Positions 48,580 through 57,824 of a stretch of 64,000 bases of DNA are shown piece after piece. A program made the translations under genes and the position numbers. Each line of letters opens with the position of its first letter. The stretch's first letter is position 1. The DNA is taken from NCBI GenBank assembly GCA_963749075.1, contig CAVVLJ010000020.1, positions 800,001 through 864,000 of the forward strand, in the 5' to 3' direction. The notes under the pieces were generated by a model, which was given only the letters and a program-made list of their open reading frames with translations, was not told the origin of the DNA and made no database searches. Origin of the DNA: an uncultured Pseudomonadota bacterium (GTDB lineage Bacteria > Pseudomonadota > Alphaproteobacteria > JACZXZ01).

Positions 48580-51084
48580 ATGGCTGTCTTGCTTCGCGAC
48601 AGTTGCGCCGGGCGCAACGCCTTCATTCTTGTTGCGGCGATTTGGCTCGCCTTCTCCGCTTGGCCCGCCGCGGCCCAGGCGGAGGCCGAGCGCCGGGTGG
48701 CGCTCGTCATCGGCAACAGCGCCTATCGCAAGGTGGAGCGGCTCGACAATCCGCTGCGCGACGCGCGGGACGTTGCGGCGGCGCTGCGCAAGACGGGGTT
48801 CGAGCTGGTCGGCGGGGGGGCGCAGCTCGACCTCGACAAGCGCGGCATGGAGCAGGCGATCCGCAGCTTCGGGCGGAGCCTCGAGCGCGGTGCCGTCGGC
48901 CTCTTCTACTATTCCGGCCATGGCCTCGAGGTCGACGGGCACAATTATCTCGTCCCCGTCGACGCCGATCCCAAGGAGAGCGCCGACGTGGACTTCGAGC
49001 TCGTCGACGTGGGGCTCCTGCTCAAGCAGGTGAGAAACGCCAACAACCGCCTGAGCATGATCGTGCTCGACGCCTGCCGCATCAACCCCTTCGGCGGTCG
49101 CGGCCTGCGCGCGGTCGGCACCGGCCTCGCCGAGATCAAGGACCGGCCATCGGGGACGATCATCAGCTATGCGACGGCACCCGGCAAGGTCGCGGCAGAC
49201 GGGCCGCCTGGCGCCAACAGCCCCTATACGGCGGCCTTCCTCGACGCGGTGCGGCGGCCCGGGCTCGACGTGCTCGAGGTCTTCAACGAGGTCTCGGTCT
49301 CGGTCGAGAACGAGACCAAGGGCGAGCAGCAGCCCTGGACCGGCATGACGGCGATCCGCGGCCAGTTCTTCTTCGTGCCGCCGGCCTCGACCGCGACGGC
49401 CGCGCCGCCGCCGCCGCCCGGCCCGGCCTCGTCCGAGGCGGCGGAGATGATGCTGTGGTCGAGCGTCAAGGACAGCCGCGACCCGGCCAAGATCCAGGCC
49501 TATCTGGACCAGTTCCCGCAAGGCACCTTCGCCGGTTTGGCGAAGGTGATGATCGGAGAGCTGAAGCGCAACCAGATGGCGGCCCTCGCGGCGAGGCCCG
49601 AGGCGCCGGCCGCGGCCGCTCCGAGCGCAGCAGCCCCGGCCGAGGCCGCCCCCGCGGCGCCCGAGCCGGCACCGGGGAAGCGCCCGCCCCAGACCGCATC
49701 CCTGCCGCCCGCCGCCGCCCTGCCGCTTCCCTTGCCGGTGCCCAAGCCAGCGGCACCTGTAGCCGCGGCGCCGGCGCCAGCCGCCAAGCCCGAGACGCCG
49801 GCGTCTTTGACTCTGGCCAGGCCGCCCTCCCAGGTGGGGCAGCGCGCGCCTGTCCAAAGCCCGGATGTCGATCTCTACCTCAAAGAGATGCGCGACAACA
49901 TTTTCGGCAACCTCGTCTATCCCGATGCCGCGCGCGAGCGCGGCCTCGCCGGAGCCGCTAAGTACGAGCTGGTCGTCGACCGCGATGGACAGCTGCTCGA
50001 TGTTCGCCTCGCGCGCTCGTCGGGTTCCGACATTCTCGACCGGGCCGGCCGGCAGGCCGTCGAGCTCTCAGCACCCTTCGAGCCGGTGCCGGCCGAGGTC
50101 AGCGGCGATAAGATCGGCCTGCTGCTGACGCTTTATATCGGGCCTGAAGCGCCGGAGCGCTCCGTTGAATTGGTCTTGAGCGATGTGGAGCACGGCAAAC
50201 CTGCAGTGCGCGGCAATCCGCCGCCTTTGCCCGCAGAGGAGACAGCACCGCAGCAGAAGGCAGAGGCGGCGGCGCCCATCCCGGAGTCGGCAATTTCGGC
50301 GGAAGAGGCGCGTCGGAAAGGCGTGGAAGCCGCAAAAAGCAAAGATTACGGCGAAGCCATGCGTTGGTTCCGCAAGGCCGCCGATGAGGGGAACGCGGTG
50401 GCGCAGAACGACGTCGGATTTCTTTATCAGAATGGTTGGGGCGTGCCGCAGGACTATGCTGAAGCCATGCGTTGGTTCCGCAAGGCCGCCGATCAGGGGA
50501 ATGCTCACGCGCAGAACAACGTCGGATTTCTTTACTATAATGGTTGGGGCGTGCCGCAGGACTATGCCGAAGCCATGCGTTGGCAGCGCAACGCTGCCGA
50601 TCAGGGGTATGCGGCGGCGCAGGTCAACGTTGGAGCTTTTTACCAAAACGCCTGGGGCGTGCCGAAGGACTATGCCGAAGCCATGCGTTGGTACCGCAGG
50701 GCCTCCGATCAGGGGTATGCTCAGGCGCAGAGCAACATCGGACTTCTTTACCAGAAGGGTTGGGGCGTCTCGCAGGACTATGCCGAAGCCATGCGTTGGT
50801 ATCGCAAGGCCGCCGATCAGGGAAATACCTATGGGCAGAACTACATCGGACTTCTTTACCAGAACGGTTGGGGCGTGTCGCCGGACTTTGCCGAAGCCAT
50901 ACGCTGGTTCCGCATGGCTGCCGACCATGGAAATACGTGGGCGCAGAACAACATCGGATATCTTTACCAGAAAGGTCTGGGCGTGCCGCAGGACTATGCC
51001 CAGGCACGTAACTGGTACGCGCTGGCAGCTGCGCACGGCAATCAGACAGCCAAGGAAAATTTGAGACACCTTCCCGACAAATGA
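48580..51084 (+). CDS. Caspase-family (peptidase C14) protein fused to Pro-rich linker, TonB C-terminal domain and Sel1-like repeats
   Basis: Signal peptide; RVALVIGNSAY, YYSGHG, VLDACR; YPDAARERG...VDRDG...RSSGSDILDRA (TonB_C); about 6-7 Sel1 repeats EAMRWFRKAADQG...AQNNVGFLY..GWGVPQDY. Confidence 0.9.
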   Translation: MAVLLRDSCAGRNAFILVAAIWLAFSAWPAAAQAEAERRVALVIGNSAYRKVERLDNPLRDARDVAAALRKTGFELVGGGAQLDLDKRGMEQAIRSFGRSLERGAVGLFYYSGHGLEVDGHNYLVPVDADPKESADVDFELVDVGLLLKQVRNANNRLSMIVLDACRINPFGGRGLRAVGTGLAEIKDRPSGTIISYATAPGKVAADGPPGANSPYTAAFLDAVRRPGLDVLEVFNEVSVSVENETKGEQQPWTGMTAIRGQFFFVPPASTATAAPPPPPGPASSEAAEMMLWSSVKDSRDPAKIQAYLDQFPQGTFAGLAKVMIGELKRNQMAALAARPEAPAAAAPSAAAPAEAAPAAPEPAPGKRPPQTASLPPAAALPLPLPVPKPAAPVAAAPAPAAKPETPASLTLARPPSQVGQRAPVQSPDVDLYLKEMRDNIFGNLVYPDAARERGLAGAAKYELVVDRDGQLLDVRLARSSGSDILDRAGRQAVELSAPFEPVPAEVSGDKIGLLLTLYIGPEAPERSVELVLSDVEHGKPAVRGNPPPLPAEETAPQQKAEAAAPIPESAISAEEARRKGVEAAKSKDYGEAMRWFRKAADEGNAVAQNDVGFLYQNGWGVPQDYAEAMRWFRKAADQGNAHAQNNVGFLYYNGWGVPQDYAEAMRWQRNAADQGYAAAQVNVGAFYQNAWGVPKDYAEAMRWYRRASDQGYAQAQSNIGLLYQKGWGVSQDYAEAMRWYRKAADQGNTYGQNYIGLLYQNGWGVSPDFAEAIRWFRMAADHGNTWAQNNIGYLYQKGLGVPQDYAQARNWYALAAAHGNQTAKENLRHLPDK
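50345..51050 (+). repeat. Intragenic 108-bp tandem repeats encoding Sel1-like repeats
   Basis: gaagccat(g/a)cg recurs at 50353, 50461, 50569, 50677, 50785 and 50893. Confidence 0.9.
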
Positions 51085-51174
51085 GCGTTTCGCCGATGAT
51101 CTTCAAATCCGTGCGCATCAATGAGCGCGAAGGCGGGGAACGGGAACCCAGAGCTAAGTGACGAGCGGCCGCTC

Positions 51175-51237
51175 CTGGACCCCGGCTTTCGCCGGGGTGA
51201 CGGCGGGGGTGTTCCAGCCGATCGGACTCCGCTCTAG
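51175..51237. repeat. REP-like hairpin element between convergent genes (possible bidirectional terminator)
   Basis: ctggaccccggc-tttc-gccggggtgac hairpin followed by ...ccgctctag, which supplies the stop codon of the neighbouring gene. Confidence 0.65.
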
Positions 51238-52706
51238 GATTGGCTGGCGGGCGCATGCCGCCTTGGCCACCAGCCGTCGAAGCAGTAGCCGAGGCAGGCA
51301 AGGGCGGCGGGGATGACCGGGAGCGCGTAGCGCATCTCGAGGTGGAGCAGCGCATAGGCGCCGACGAGGCCCATGAAGGTGAGCCAGAGGAAGGCTGCCG
51401 CGGCGTGGCGGCGGCAGCTGCCGCCGCGGCAGCGCCGCAGGGCAGCGATGGGCGTCGCGAGTGCGATGACCGCGAGGCCGAGGAGTGCCGCGACGTCGAG
51501 CGCGAGGAGGAGCGGGGCGAGCCCCGCCGCATTGAGGGCGAGGCCCTCGCGCTGCATCTCGCGCAGCTCGTGCATGCCGGGGACCACGCGGGCCGAGGCC
51601 GTCGGGCCGAGCTGGAGGAAATCGTTGAAGTTGGCCAGCGGATCGAGGAGGAGCTCGGCGAGCCGCACGATCTGGAGGTTGTGCGGGATGGTGGCGAGAT
51701 AGGCGAGCGGATGGCGCGCCAGCACCGACGTGAAGTGGCCGAAGAGGACGCGGTCCAGCTGCTGCGGGTCGAGGCCGTAGTCGCGCCGCAGCATGTCGAC
51801 GAGCTGGAAGACGCCGGCGAGGCCCGCGGCGAGCGCGTGGCTGCGGGCGACGCGCGAGACGAAGTCGCCGCCGTCGAAGGGATCGGCGAGCCCCATTGCC
51901 GCGATGTTCGCCGAGGGCCACAGCCAGTTGATGCTGTCGCTGCCGACGCTGAGGACGAAAAGGCCCGTGCGCTCCAGGTTCCACAGCATGTGGAGCGCTA
52001 CCAGCGCCGCCGCAGGGGCCAGGAAGAGGACGAGCGAGCCCAGGATGGCGGCCATGCGCAGGCCGCTGACGCGGCCGGCCATGACGAGCCCGATGAGCGG
52101 GAAGAGCGTGAAATAGACGCCCACGTCGCGCACCCAGATGGAGAGACCCCAGGCGGCCCCGAGTGCGGCGAGGGCGCCCGCCCCAAGGCGGAGCTGCCCC
52201 GTCATGTCCATGGCGATCGCGAAGACGGCGACGATGAAGAGGCTGGCATAGATGCTGTCGCTCAGCACCACGATGTCGTAAAGGGCGGAGCCCGAGAGCG
52301 CCGCGAGGACGAGGACGGCGTAGCGCAGCGCCGGCCGCTCGATGAGGGCGGCCAATGCCGCGGCGACGAGGCCGAGGGCGGCGACCGAGGCGACGCACTG
52401 CAGGCTGGCGAGCGCCAGGCCGAAGTCGCGGCCGGCCGCGAGCTTGGCGAGCGCCACGAGAAGCGGGTAGCCGAAGGGCCTTTGGATGGCGAGCGGCGTC
52501 GGCACGCTCCTCCAGTCCAGCTGATCGAGCCAGTGGCCCGCCAGGAGGCCGTCGGCGGGTGCGATATAGCCGTGGCTGTCGGGAAAGAACGACGGGCCGA
52601 GCCAGAAGAGAAGCGCCAGCTTGAGCGCCAGGATGGCGGCGAGGAGGAGTGCGGCCCCGCGGCCGTATCGGCTCCACGTCCGTTGCCCCGCCGCGAGAGC
52701 GCTCAT
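51234..52706 (-). CDS. Polytopic membrane protein, putative GT-C (ArnT/PMT-like) glycosyltransferase
   Basis: PDSHGY first loop, RPFGYPLL, LSDSIY, EMRYALP; overlaps the upstream GT2 stop. Confidence 0.75.
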   Translation of the reverse strand: MSALAAGQRTWSRYGRGAALLLAAILALKLALLFWLGPSFFPDSHGYIAPADGLLAGHWLDQLDWRSVPTPLAIQRPFGYPLLVALAKLAAGRDFGLALASLQCVASVAALGLVAAALAALIERPALRYAVLVLAALSGSALYDIVVLSDSIYASLFIVAVFAIAMDMTGQLRLGAGALAALGAAWGLSIWVRDVGVYFTLFPLIGLVMAGRVSGLRMAAILGSLVLFLAPAAALVALHMLWNLERTGLFVLSVGSDSINWLWPSANIAAMGLADPFDGGDFVSRVARSHALAAGLAGVFQLVDMLRRDYGLDPQQLDRVLFGHFTSVLARHPLAYLATIPHNLQIVRLAELLLDPLANFNDFLQLGPTASARVVPGMHELREMQREGLALNAAGLAPLLLALDVAALLGLAVIALATPIAALRRCRGGSCRRHAAAAFLWLTFMGLVGAYALLHLEMRYALPVIPAALACLGYCFDGWWPRRHAPASQS

Positions 52707-53671
52707 CGCCGCCCGCCGGGCGCCGGGCGCACGGCCTCCTCGGCCGTGAGCCGCACTGTTCCGAGCTCGCGGAAGATGCGGCAGGTGGCGCGGATGCGGG
52801 CGCCGTCCGCGGAAGCGAGCGGCAAGTGTGCCGCGAGGAAGGCGGCGAACTCGCGGGAGAGCCAGCCGCGCCCGCCCTGGCGCCGGGCATAGTGCCAGGC
52901 GCGGCCGGCGGCGCGGCGGAGCGCATAGCGCCTGAGCGCGGGCGGCAACTCAGGTCCTGCGGCGACGAAGTTGGCCAGTGCCAGGTTGAGGTCGTGAAGC
53001 TCCTGGGCCAGCGCCTCGGACATGCGGCCGGGCGCCTCCTCGGGCGCCAGGAACACGACGGCCGGACTGCGCGCGAAGCGGGCGAGGCGCGCCAGGCGGA
53101 GCTCGAGCGAATAGTCCTGCACGAGGACGCCCGGATCGGAGCCGCCGCTCCGGCGCACGAGCTCGGCTTCGGCGAGCCAGGCGGATGGCGTCGTCTGCGC
53201 GCGCCTCAGGCATTGCCGCAAGGTGTCGCGGAGCGCCTCGGCGGCGCCCCCGCGGTCCGCCTGCGCTGCCGCCTCGCGGGCGCGCGCGAGCCCGTCCGAG
53301 AGGCGATAGCTGCCGCTCCGGCCGAAGGCGAGCCCCGAGCCGGCCGCCGTGACGGCATCGAGGAGCGCCGCGGTGGCACCGGGGGTCAGCATGTCGTCGC
53401 CGTCGAGCGCCTTGACGAAATCGCCGCCCGCCGCGGCGAGGCCGGCATTCATCGCTTGGGACGGCCCCCTATTGGCTTGCACGATGATGCGCACGTCGCT
53501 CCAGCCCGCGGTCAGGCGGCCGAGAGCGTCCGCGCTGCCGTCGCTCGAGCCGTCGTCGACGAAGACGAACTCGCGCGCGAAGCCGCCCTCCTGGCGTTTG
53601 AGCCCGTCGACGAGGAACGGCAGGTAGGGCGCCTTGTTGTAGACCGTGACCACGTAGCTCACGCGCGGCAT
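52703..53671 (-). CDS. GT2 glycosyltransferase
   Basis: SYVVTVYNKAPY, FVDDGSSDGS, NRGPSQAMNAG, LDGDD, QDYSL. Confidence 0.9.
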   Translation of the reverse strand: MPRVSYVVTVYNKAPYLPFLVDGLKRQEGGFAREFVFVDDGSSDGSADALGRLTAGWSDVRIIVQANRGPSQAMNAGLAAAGGDFVKALDGDDMLTPGATAALLDAVTAAGSGLAFGRSGSYRLSDGLARAREAAAQADRGGAAEALRDTLRQCLRRAQTTPSAWLAEAELVRRSGGSDPGVLVQDYSLELRLARLARFARSPAVVFLAPEEAPGRMSEALAQELHDLNLALANFVAAGPELPPALRRYALRRAAGRAWHYARRQGGRGWLSREFAAFLAAHLPLASADGARIRATCRIFRELGTVRLTAEEAVRPAPGGRR

Positions 53672-53718
53672 GGCATCCGCCCGGCCGAGCGCCGCCCGCG
53701 AGCCCGCGCGGCTCGGCG

Positions 53719-54189
53719 CTACTCCGCAGCCTGCCGCGCGGGTGCCGCCGCGCGCTGCCGCCGACCCGCCGCCGCCTTCGCCCGCGTCCGCCGCGCGGCG
53801 GGGGCCGCGACCTCGACGGTCTTGAATTCGGCGGGAAGGGTGATCTCGATGAGCTCGAGGTCGTCGGAATGGTCGAGCTCGGCATGGCGGATGCCGGGCG
53901 GCTGGTTGACGCAGGAGCCGGCCCGCGCGGTCACCTCGCCGACCCCCTCGTAGTTGAATTTCACCCAGCCCTTGAGGACGAAATACATCTGGAACTCGAG
54001 ATCGTGCTTGTGCCAGCCGAAGCCGCCATGGCCGCCCTTCTTGGCGCGGATGACGTGCGCCATGGCGCGGCCGCCCGTAGCCTCGCTGATGCCGAGGTCG
54101 CGGTACTTGAAGCACGACCTGAGGCCGCCGTCCTTGAAGACCGCGTCCTTGGCGTGGGACGCCGAGAATTTGAATTTGCTGCCGGCCAT
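53719..54189 (-). CDS. Cupin domain protein
   Basis: YRDLGI, WHKHDLEFQMYFVLKGW, PPGIRH; RBS gggaggag. Confidence 0.88.
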   Translation of the reverse strand: MAGSKFKFSASHAKDAVFKDGGLRSCFKYRDLGISEATGGRAMAHVIRAKKGGHGGFGWHKHDLEFQMYFVLKGWVKFNYEGVGEVTARAGSCVNQPPGIRHAELDHSDDLELIEITLPAEFKTVEVAAPAARRTRAKAAAGRRQRAAAPARQAAE

Positions 54190-54382
54190 GACACGCTCCT
54201 CCCCGGATGACCCGCCCTTCGGGCGTCAACGCGTGCGCCACTATATTACGGGCGCCTGCCGGGCGCCAATCGGGCCGACGCGGGGGAGGCGAAGTGCGGG
54301 CTTGCGGCGGGAGCGGCGATGGCCATGATAGGGGCGAGCCGCAGGTCGGCTCGGTCTTCCCCGACCCCTGGAGCCGAGGTCC

Positions 54383-56446
54383 ATGGCCGATCGAGTTCTA
54401 GCACCGGTCGTCATCGGCATCACCGGGAAGCGCGACCTCGAGGGCAAGGCCGAGGCGGTCGGCGAAGCATTGCGCCAGGCCTTCGACGAGCTCGATGCGC
54501 GCTATCCCGAGACGCCGAAGGTTCTCCTCTCCGGGCTCGCCGAGGGCGCCGACACGCTCGCCGCCGAGGCGGCGCTCGAGCGCGCTTCCTGGCGCGTGGT
54601 GGCGGCGCTGCCTCTCTCGCTGGAGCTCTACGCGGAGGATTTCGAGGGTGCCGCCGCGGCGCGGCTCCGCGGGCTTCTGGCGCATCCCAAGGTGCGCACC
54701 TGGTTCCTCGAGCCGCTTCTCGATGCGCACTCGGGCGAGCCGCTCGCACCAGCAGCACTCAGCCGGCGCGGCAACGCCGGCAACCCCGAGCGGACGCTCC
54801 ACTACGAGCAGGTGGGCCTCGTCATCGCGGAGCGCTCGGCACTGCTCATCGCCGTGATGGCGGGCGACGAGAAGCCGGGGCGCATCGGCGGCACGGCGCG
54901 CATCGCCGATTACCGGCTGCGCGGCGAGCTCGACTCCCACGCCCGCGCGGTCGTCGAGCGCAGCCAGTTGCTGCGCGGCGCCATGGTGCTCGACCGCCCG
55001 CGCACCGGAGCGCTCTGGCTCATCGATCTCGCGACCGTCGGCGGCAAGCCCGGCACCCGCCCGCCGCACGGCTGCGAGGTCCGGCTGCCCGGCGAGGAGC
55101 CGCAGCGCCGGCCGTGGAGCGACCGCGCGGCGGTCGATGAGAGCCTGCTCCTCGTCCACGGCCTCGCGATCTTCAACCGCCGCGCCCTCGCCCTGGAGGA
55201 TGCGGCGTGGCAGCGAGACGTGGAGGCGCGCGCCGGCCCGGACGCGGGCGACGCGGCATCGGCGCTCCGCCGCATCCGCCTGGCGCTCTCGGCCATCCAG
55301 GTCAGGTACAATACGCGGGTCAAGCGCTCCGCCTGGGCGCTGGCACTCCTCTTCGTGGCCGCGATCCTCGCCTTCGAGCTCCACGTCGAGCTCTCCGCCT
55401 ACTGGCCGCTACGGTATGCCGTCCTCGCCTATCTCGTCCTGGCGCTCGTCGCCCTCGGCGTCTTCGGGTGCGCGAGGAACTATCGCTGGCAGCCCGTCGC
55501 CGAGGACTACCGCGCCGTGTCCGAGGCCTTGCGCGTCCAGCTCGCCTGGTGGGATGCGGGGCTCGGCGGGCCCGACCACCGGGTCGAGCGCTTCTACCTG
55601 CGGGGGACGCTCGGCTCGCTCGGTCTCGTGCGCGCCGCGGTCCACCAGCTGCTCGACGCCGCCCTCCTGGCGCTGCCGGCCCCGCGGCCCGTCGAGAACG
55701 CCGACCGGCGCTGGATCGACGGCCAGCTCAAATTCTTCAAGGACCGCATCGACGCGCGCCGGCTCAGCGTGCTGCGCGTGGAGGCAAGCAGCTGGTTCCT
55801 CTTCGTGGCCAGCCTGGCGCCGGCGGCGGCTCTCGTTGCCGCCCGCTTGGGCGGCCAGGGCCTCGTTCACGCCGCGGTGCCGAGCGTTTGGAGCCAGGTG
55901 CCGCCGTGGCTGGCACTCGGCGCCACGCTGCTCGTCGTAGCCCTGCTCTTCTGGGCCACGGCGATCGTACCAGCCTTCGTCCTCCGGCGTTACTTCAGCC
56001 CCCATAAAGGCCTCTTCAAGGTCCTCGGCTGGCTCATAGCACTCTGCACCGGCTTTCTGCTTGCCTTCGGCCTTTACGACCTGGCGGCCGTGCTGCCGCC
56101 CTTGGGCGAGGGTGGCGGCGGAGCGGCCCCGCGCGACGAGCTCGCGGAGCGCCTCGTGACGATGGCCGCCATCTTTCCGCCGGCGGTGGCGGGCGCCATC
56201 CGCTTCGTTGCCGAGAAGCTCTCGCTCGAGGCGGAGATGCGCGGCTACCAGGATGCGCGCAAGATCTTCAAGCGCGCCAAGGCCGCATTGGCTGCGATCG
56301 ACGAGGCGGCCGACGAGGCGCCCGAGGAAAAGGCCGCGCGCCGCCGGACGCTCTTCTTCGTCCTCGGCAAGGAGGCGCTCGAGGAGAACGAGAGATGGCT
56401 GCGCGCCCACCGCGAACGGCCGCTCGAGCCGCTCGTCGGCGGCTGA
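54383..56446 (+). CDS. SLOG (YspA-like) domain fused to SLATT-like transmembrane domains
   Basis: IGITGKRDL, LSGLAEGADTLAA, YEQVG...LLIAV...GGTA (SLOG); TM pairs followed by DYRAVSEALR, WIDGQLKFF and LGKEALEENERWL...RERPLEP (SLATT-like). Confidence 0.75.
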   Translation: MADRVLAPVVIGITGKRDLEGKAEAVGEALRQAFDELDARYPETPKVLLSGLAEGADTLAAEAALERASWRVVAALPLSLELYAEDFEGAAAARLRGLLAHPKVRTWFLEPLLDAHSGEPLAPAALSRRGNAGNPERTLHYEQVGLVIAERSALLIAVMAGDEKPGRIGGTARIADYRLRGELDSHARAVVERSQLLRGAMVLDRPRTGALWLIDLATVGGKPGTRPPHGCEVRLPGEEPQRRPWSDRAAVDESLLLVHGLAIFNRRALALEDAAWQRDVEARAGPDAGDAASALRRIRLALSAIQVRYNTRVKRSAWALALLFVAAILAFELHVELSAYWPLRYAVLAYLVLALVALGVFGCARNYRWQPVAEDYRAVSEALRVQLAWWDAGLGGPDHRVERFYLRGTLGSLGLVRAAVHQLLDAALLALPAPRPVENADRRWIDGQLKFFKDRIDARRLSVLRVEASSWFLFVASLAPAAALVAARLGGQGLVHAAVPSVWSQVPPWLALGATLLVVALLFWATAIVPAFVLRRYFSPHKGLFKVLGWLIALCTGFLLAFGLYDLAAVLPPLGEGGGGAAPRDELAERLVTMAAIFPPAVAGAIRFVAEKLSLEAEMRGYQDARKIFKRAKAALAAIDEAADEAPEEKAARRRTLFFVLGKEALEENERWLRAHRERPLEPLVGG

Positions 56447-56596
56447 GGGGGCTCTCCCGCGAGCGCGAGGCGATGCTGCGCCTGGGCGCCGTCGGTGCCA
56501 ATGACAGCTTCCGCGCGGCGATCTATATTGGCGGGACGCTTCGGCCGTCTCCGACGGCTGTTCGCCGGGATGCTGCAAGCCGGGGGAGACGCCGCC

Positions 56597-57805
56597 ATGG
56601 GCGGGAGCGGGGACCGAGAGGCGACTGTCGCGGCGCTGCGACGGAGGAAACGCCTGCGGACGGCACTCCTGCTGGCGGGCGCCGCCGTCGGGCTCTGCTT
56701 CGCCGGAGGCGGTGGCGCCATGGCCCAGTCCCAGCCGGTGGCGCCGCCGGCGGTGACCGTGAGCCACCCGCTCGAGCGCAAGATCGTCGAGTGGGACGAA
56801 TACACCGGCCAGTTCGCCGCCGTCGAGGACGTCGAGCTGCGCGCCCGGGTCAGCGGCTACCTGACCGAGATCCATTTCAAGGACGGCCAGTTCGTCAAGA
56901 CGGGCGACCTCCTCTTCGTGGTCGATCCGCGGCCTTTCGAGGCCGATCTGCAGCAGGCGCAGGCCAATCTCGAGCGCGACAAGGCGCAGGTCGTGCGCGC
57001 CAATCTCGACCTCGCGCGCTACAGCGAGCTCGCCAAGAAGTCGTTCGCGCCGCAGCAGCAATTCGAGCAGGCGCGCGCCACCGCGGAGGGCGCCATTGCA
57101 ACCGTCAAGGCCAACGAGGCGGCGGTGATGCAGGCCAAGCTCAATCTGGAGTTCACCCACGTGACCGCCCCCGTGGACGGGCGCATCGGCAGCCACCAGG
57201 TCAGCATCGGCAATCTCATCGTCGGCGGCTCGGCGGGGACCGCGACGCTGCTCGCGACCATCGTCTCGCTCGACCCGATCTATTTCAATTTCGACATGAG
57301 CGAGAGCGACTATCTCGGCTACCAGCGCGCCGTGCCGGCCGGCCTCATGACGTCGGAGCGCGGTCGCGCGGTTTCCGCGTACGTGCGGCTGGCCAACGAG
57401 ACGGGCTGGCCGCACGAGGGGCACATGGACTTCATCGACAATCAGATCGACCGCGGCGCCGGTACCATCCGGGCGCGGGCGGTCTTCCCCAATAAGTCGC
57501 TCTTCCTCACGCCGGGCGAGTTCGGCCGCATCCGGGTACCCGGCTCCGAGCCGCACCAGGCGATCCTTATTCCCGACGCCGCGATCGTGTCCGACCAGTC
57601 GCGGAAGATCGTCATGACCGTAGGCGCCGACGGCACGGTCGTGCCGCGCGTGATCCGGCCAGGGCCCACCTATGAGGGCCTGCGCATCGTGCGCAACGGC
57701 CTCGCGGCAAGCGACACCATCGTGATCAACGGGCTGGTGCGCGCCCGGCCGGGCGCCAAAGTGACGCCAGAGGCGGGCAAGATCGAAGCCGAGCCCGAGC
57801 CGTGA
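56597..57805 (+). CDS. RND efflux periplasmic adaptor subunit
   Basis: EWDEYTGQF, VELRARVSGYL, VKTGDLLFVVDPRPF, APVDGRI, FIDNQID...GTIRARA; start uncertain (56495-56597). Confidence 0.92.
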   Translation: MGGSGDREATVAALRRRKRLRTALLLAGAAVGLCFAGGGGAMAQSQPVAPPAVTVSHPLERKIVEWDEYTGQFAAVEDVELRARVSGYLTEIHFKDGQFVKTGDLLFVVDPRPFEADLQQAQANLERDKAQVVRANLDLARYSELAKKSFAPQQQFEQARATAEGAIATVKANEAAVMQAKLNLEFTHVTAPVDGRIGSHQVSIGNLIVGGSAGTATLLATIVSLDPIYFNFDMSESDYLGYQRAVPAGLMTSERGRAVSAYVRLANETGWPHEGHMDFIDNQIDRGAGTIRARAVFPNKSLFLTPGEFGRIRVPGSEPHQAILIPDAAIVSDQSRKIVMTVGADGTVVPRVIRPGPTYEGLRIVRNGLAASDTIVINGLVRARPGAKVTPEAGKIEAEPEP

Positions 57806-57824
57806 GCTCGAGGCCCGTGGCGCC

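Noticed and set aside
50345-51050. CRISPR-like array
   Set aside because: The 108-bp period is in frame, encodes Sel1 repeats and has no unique spacers or cas genes
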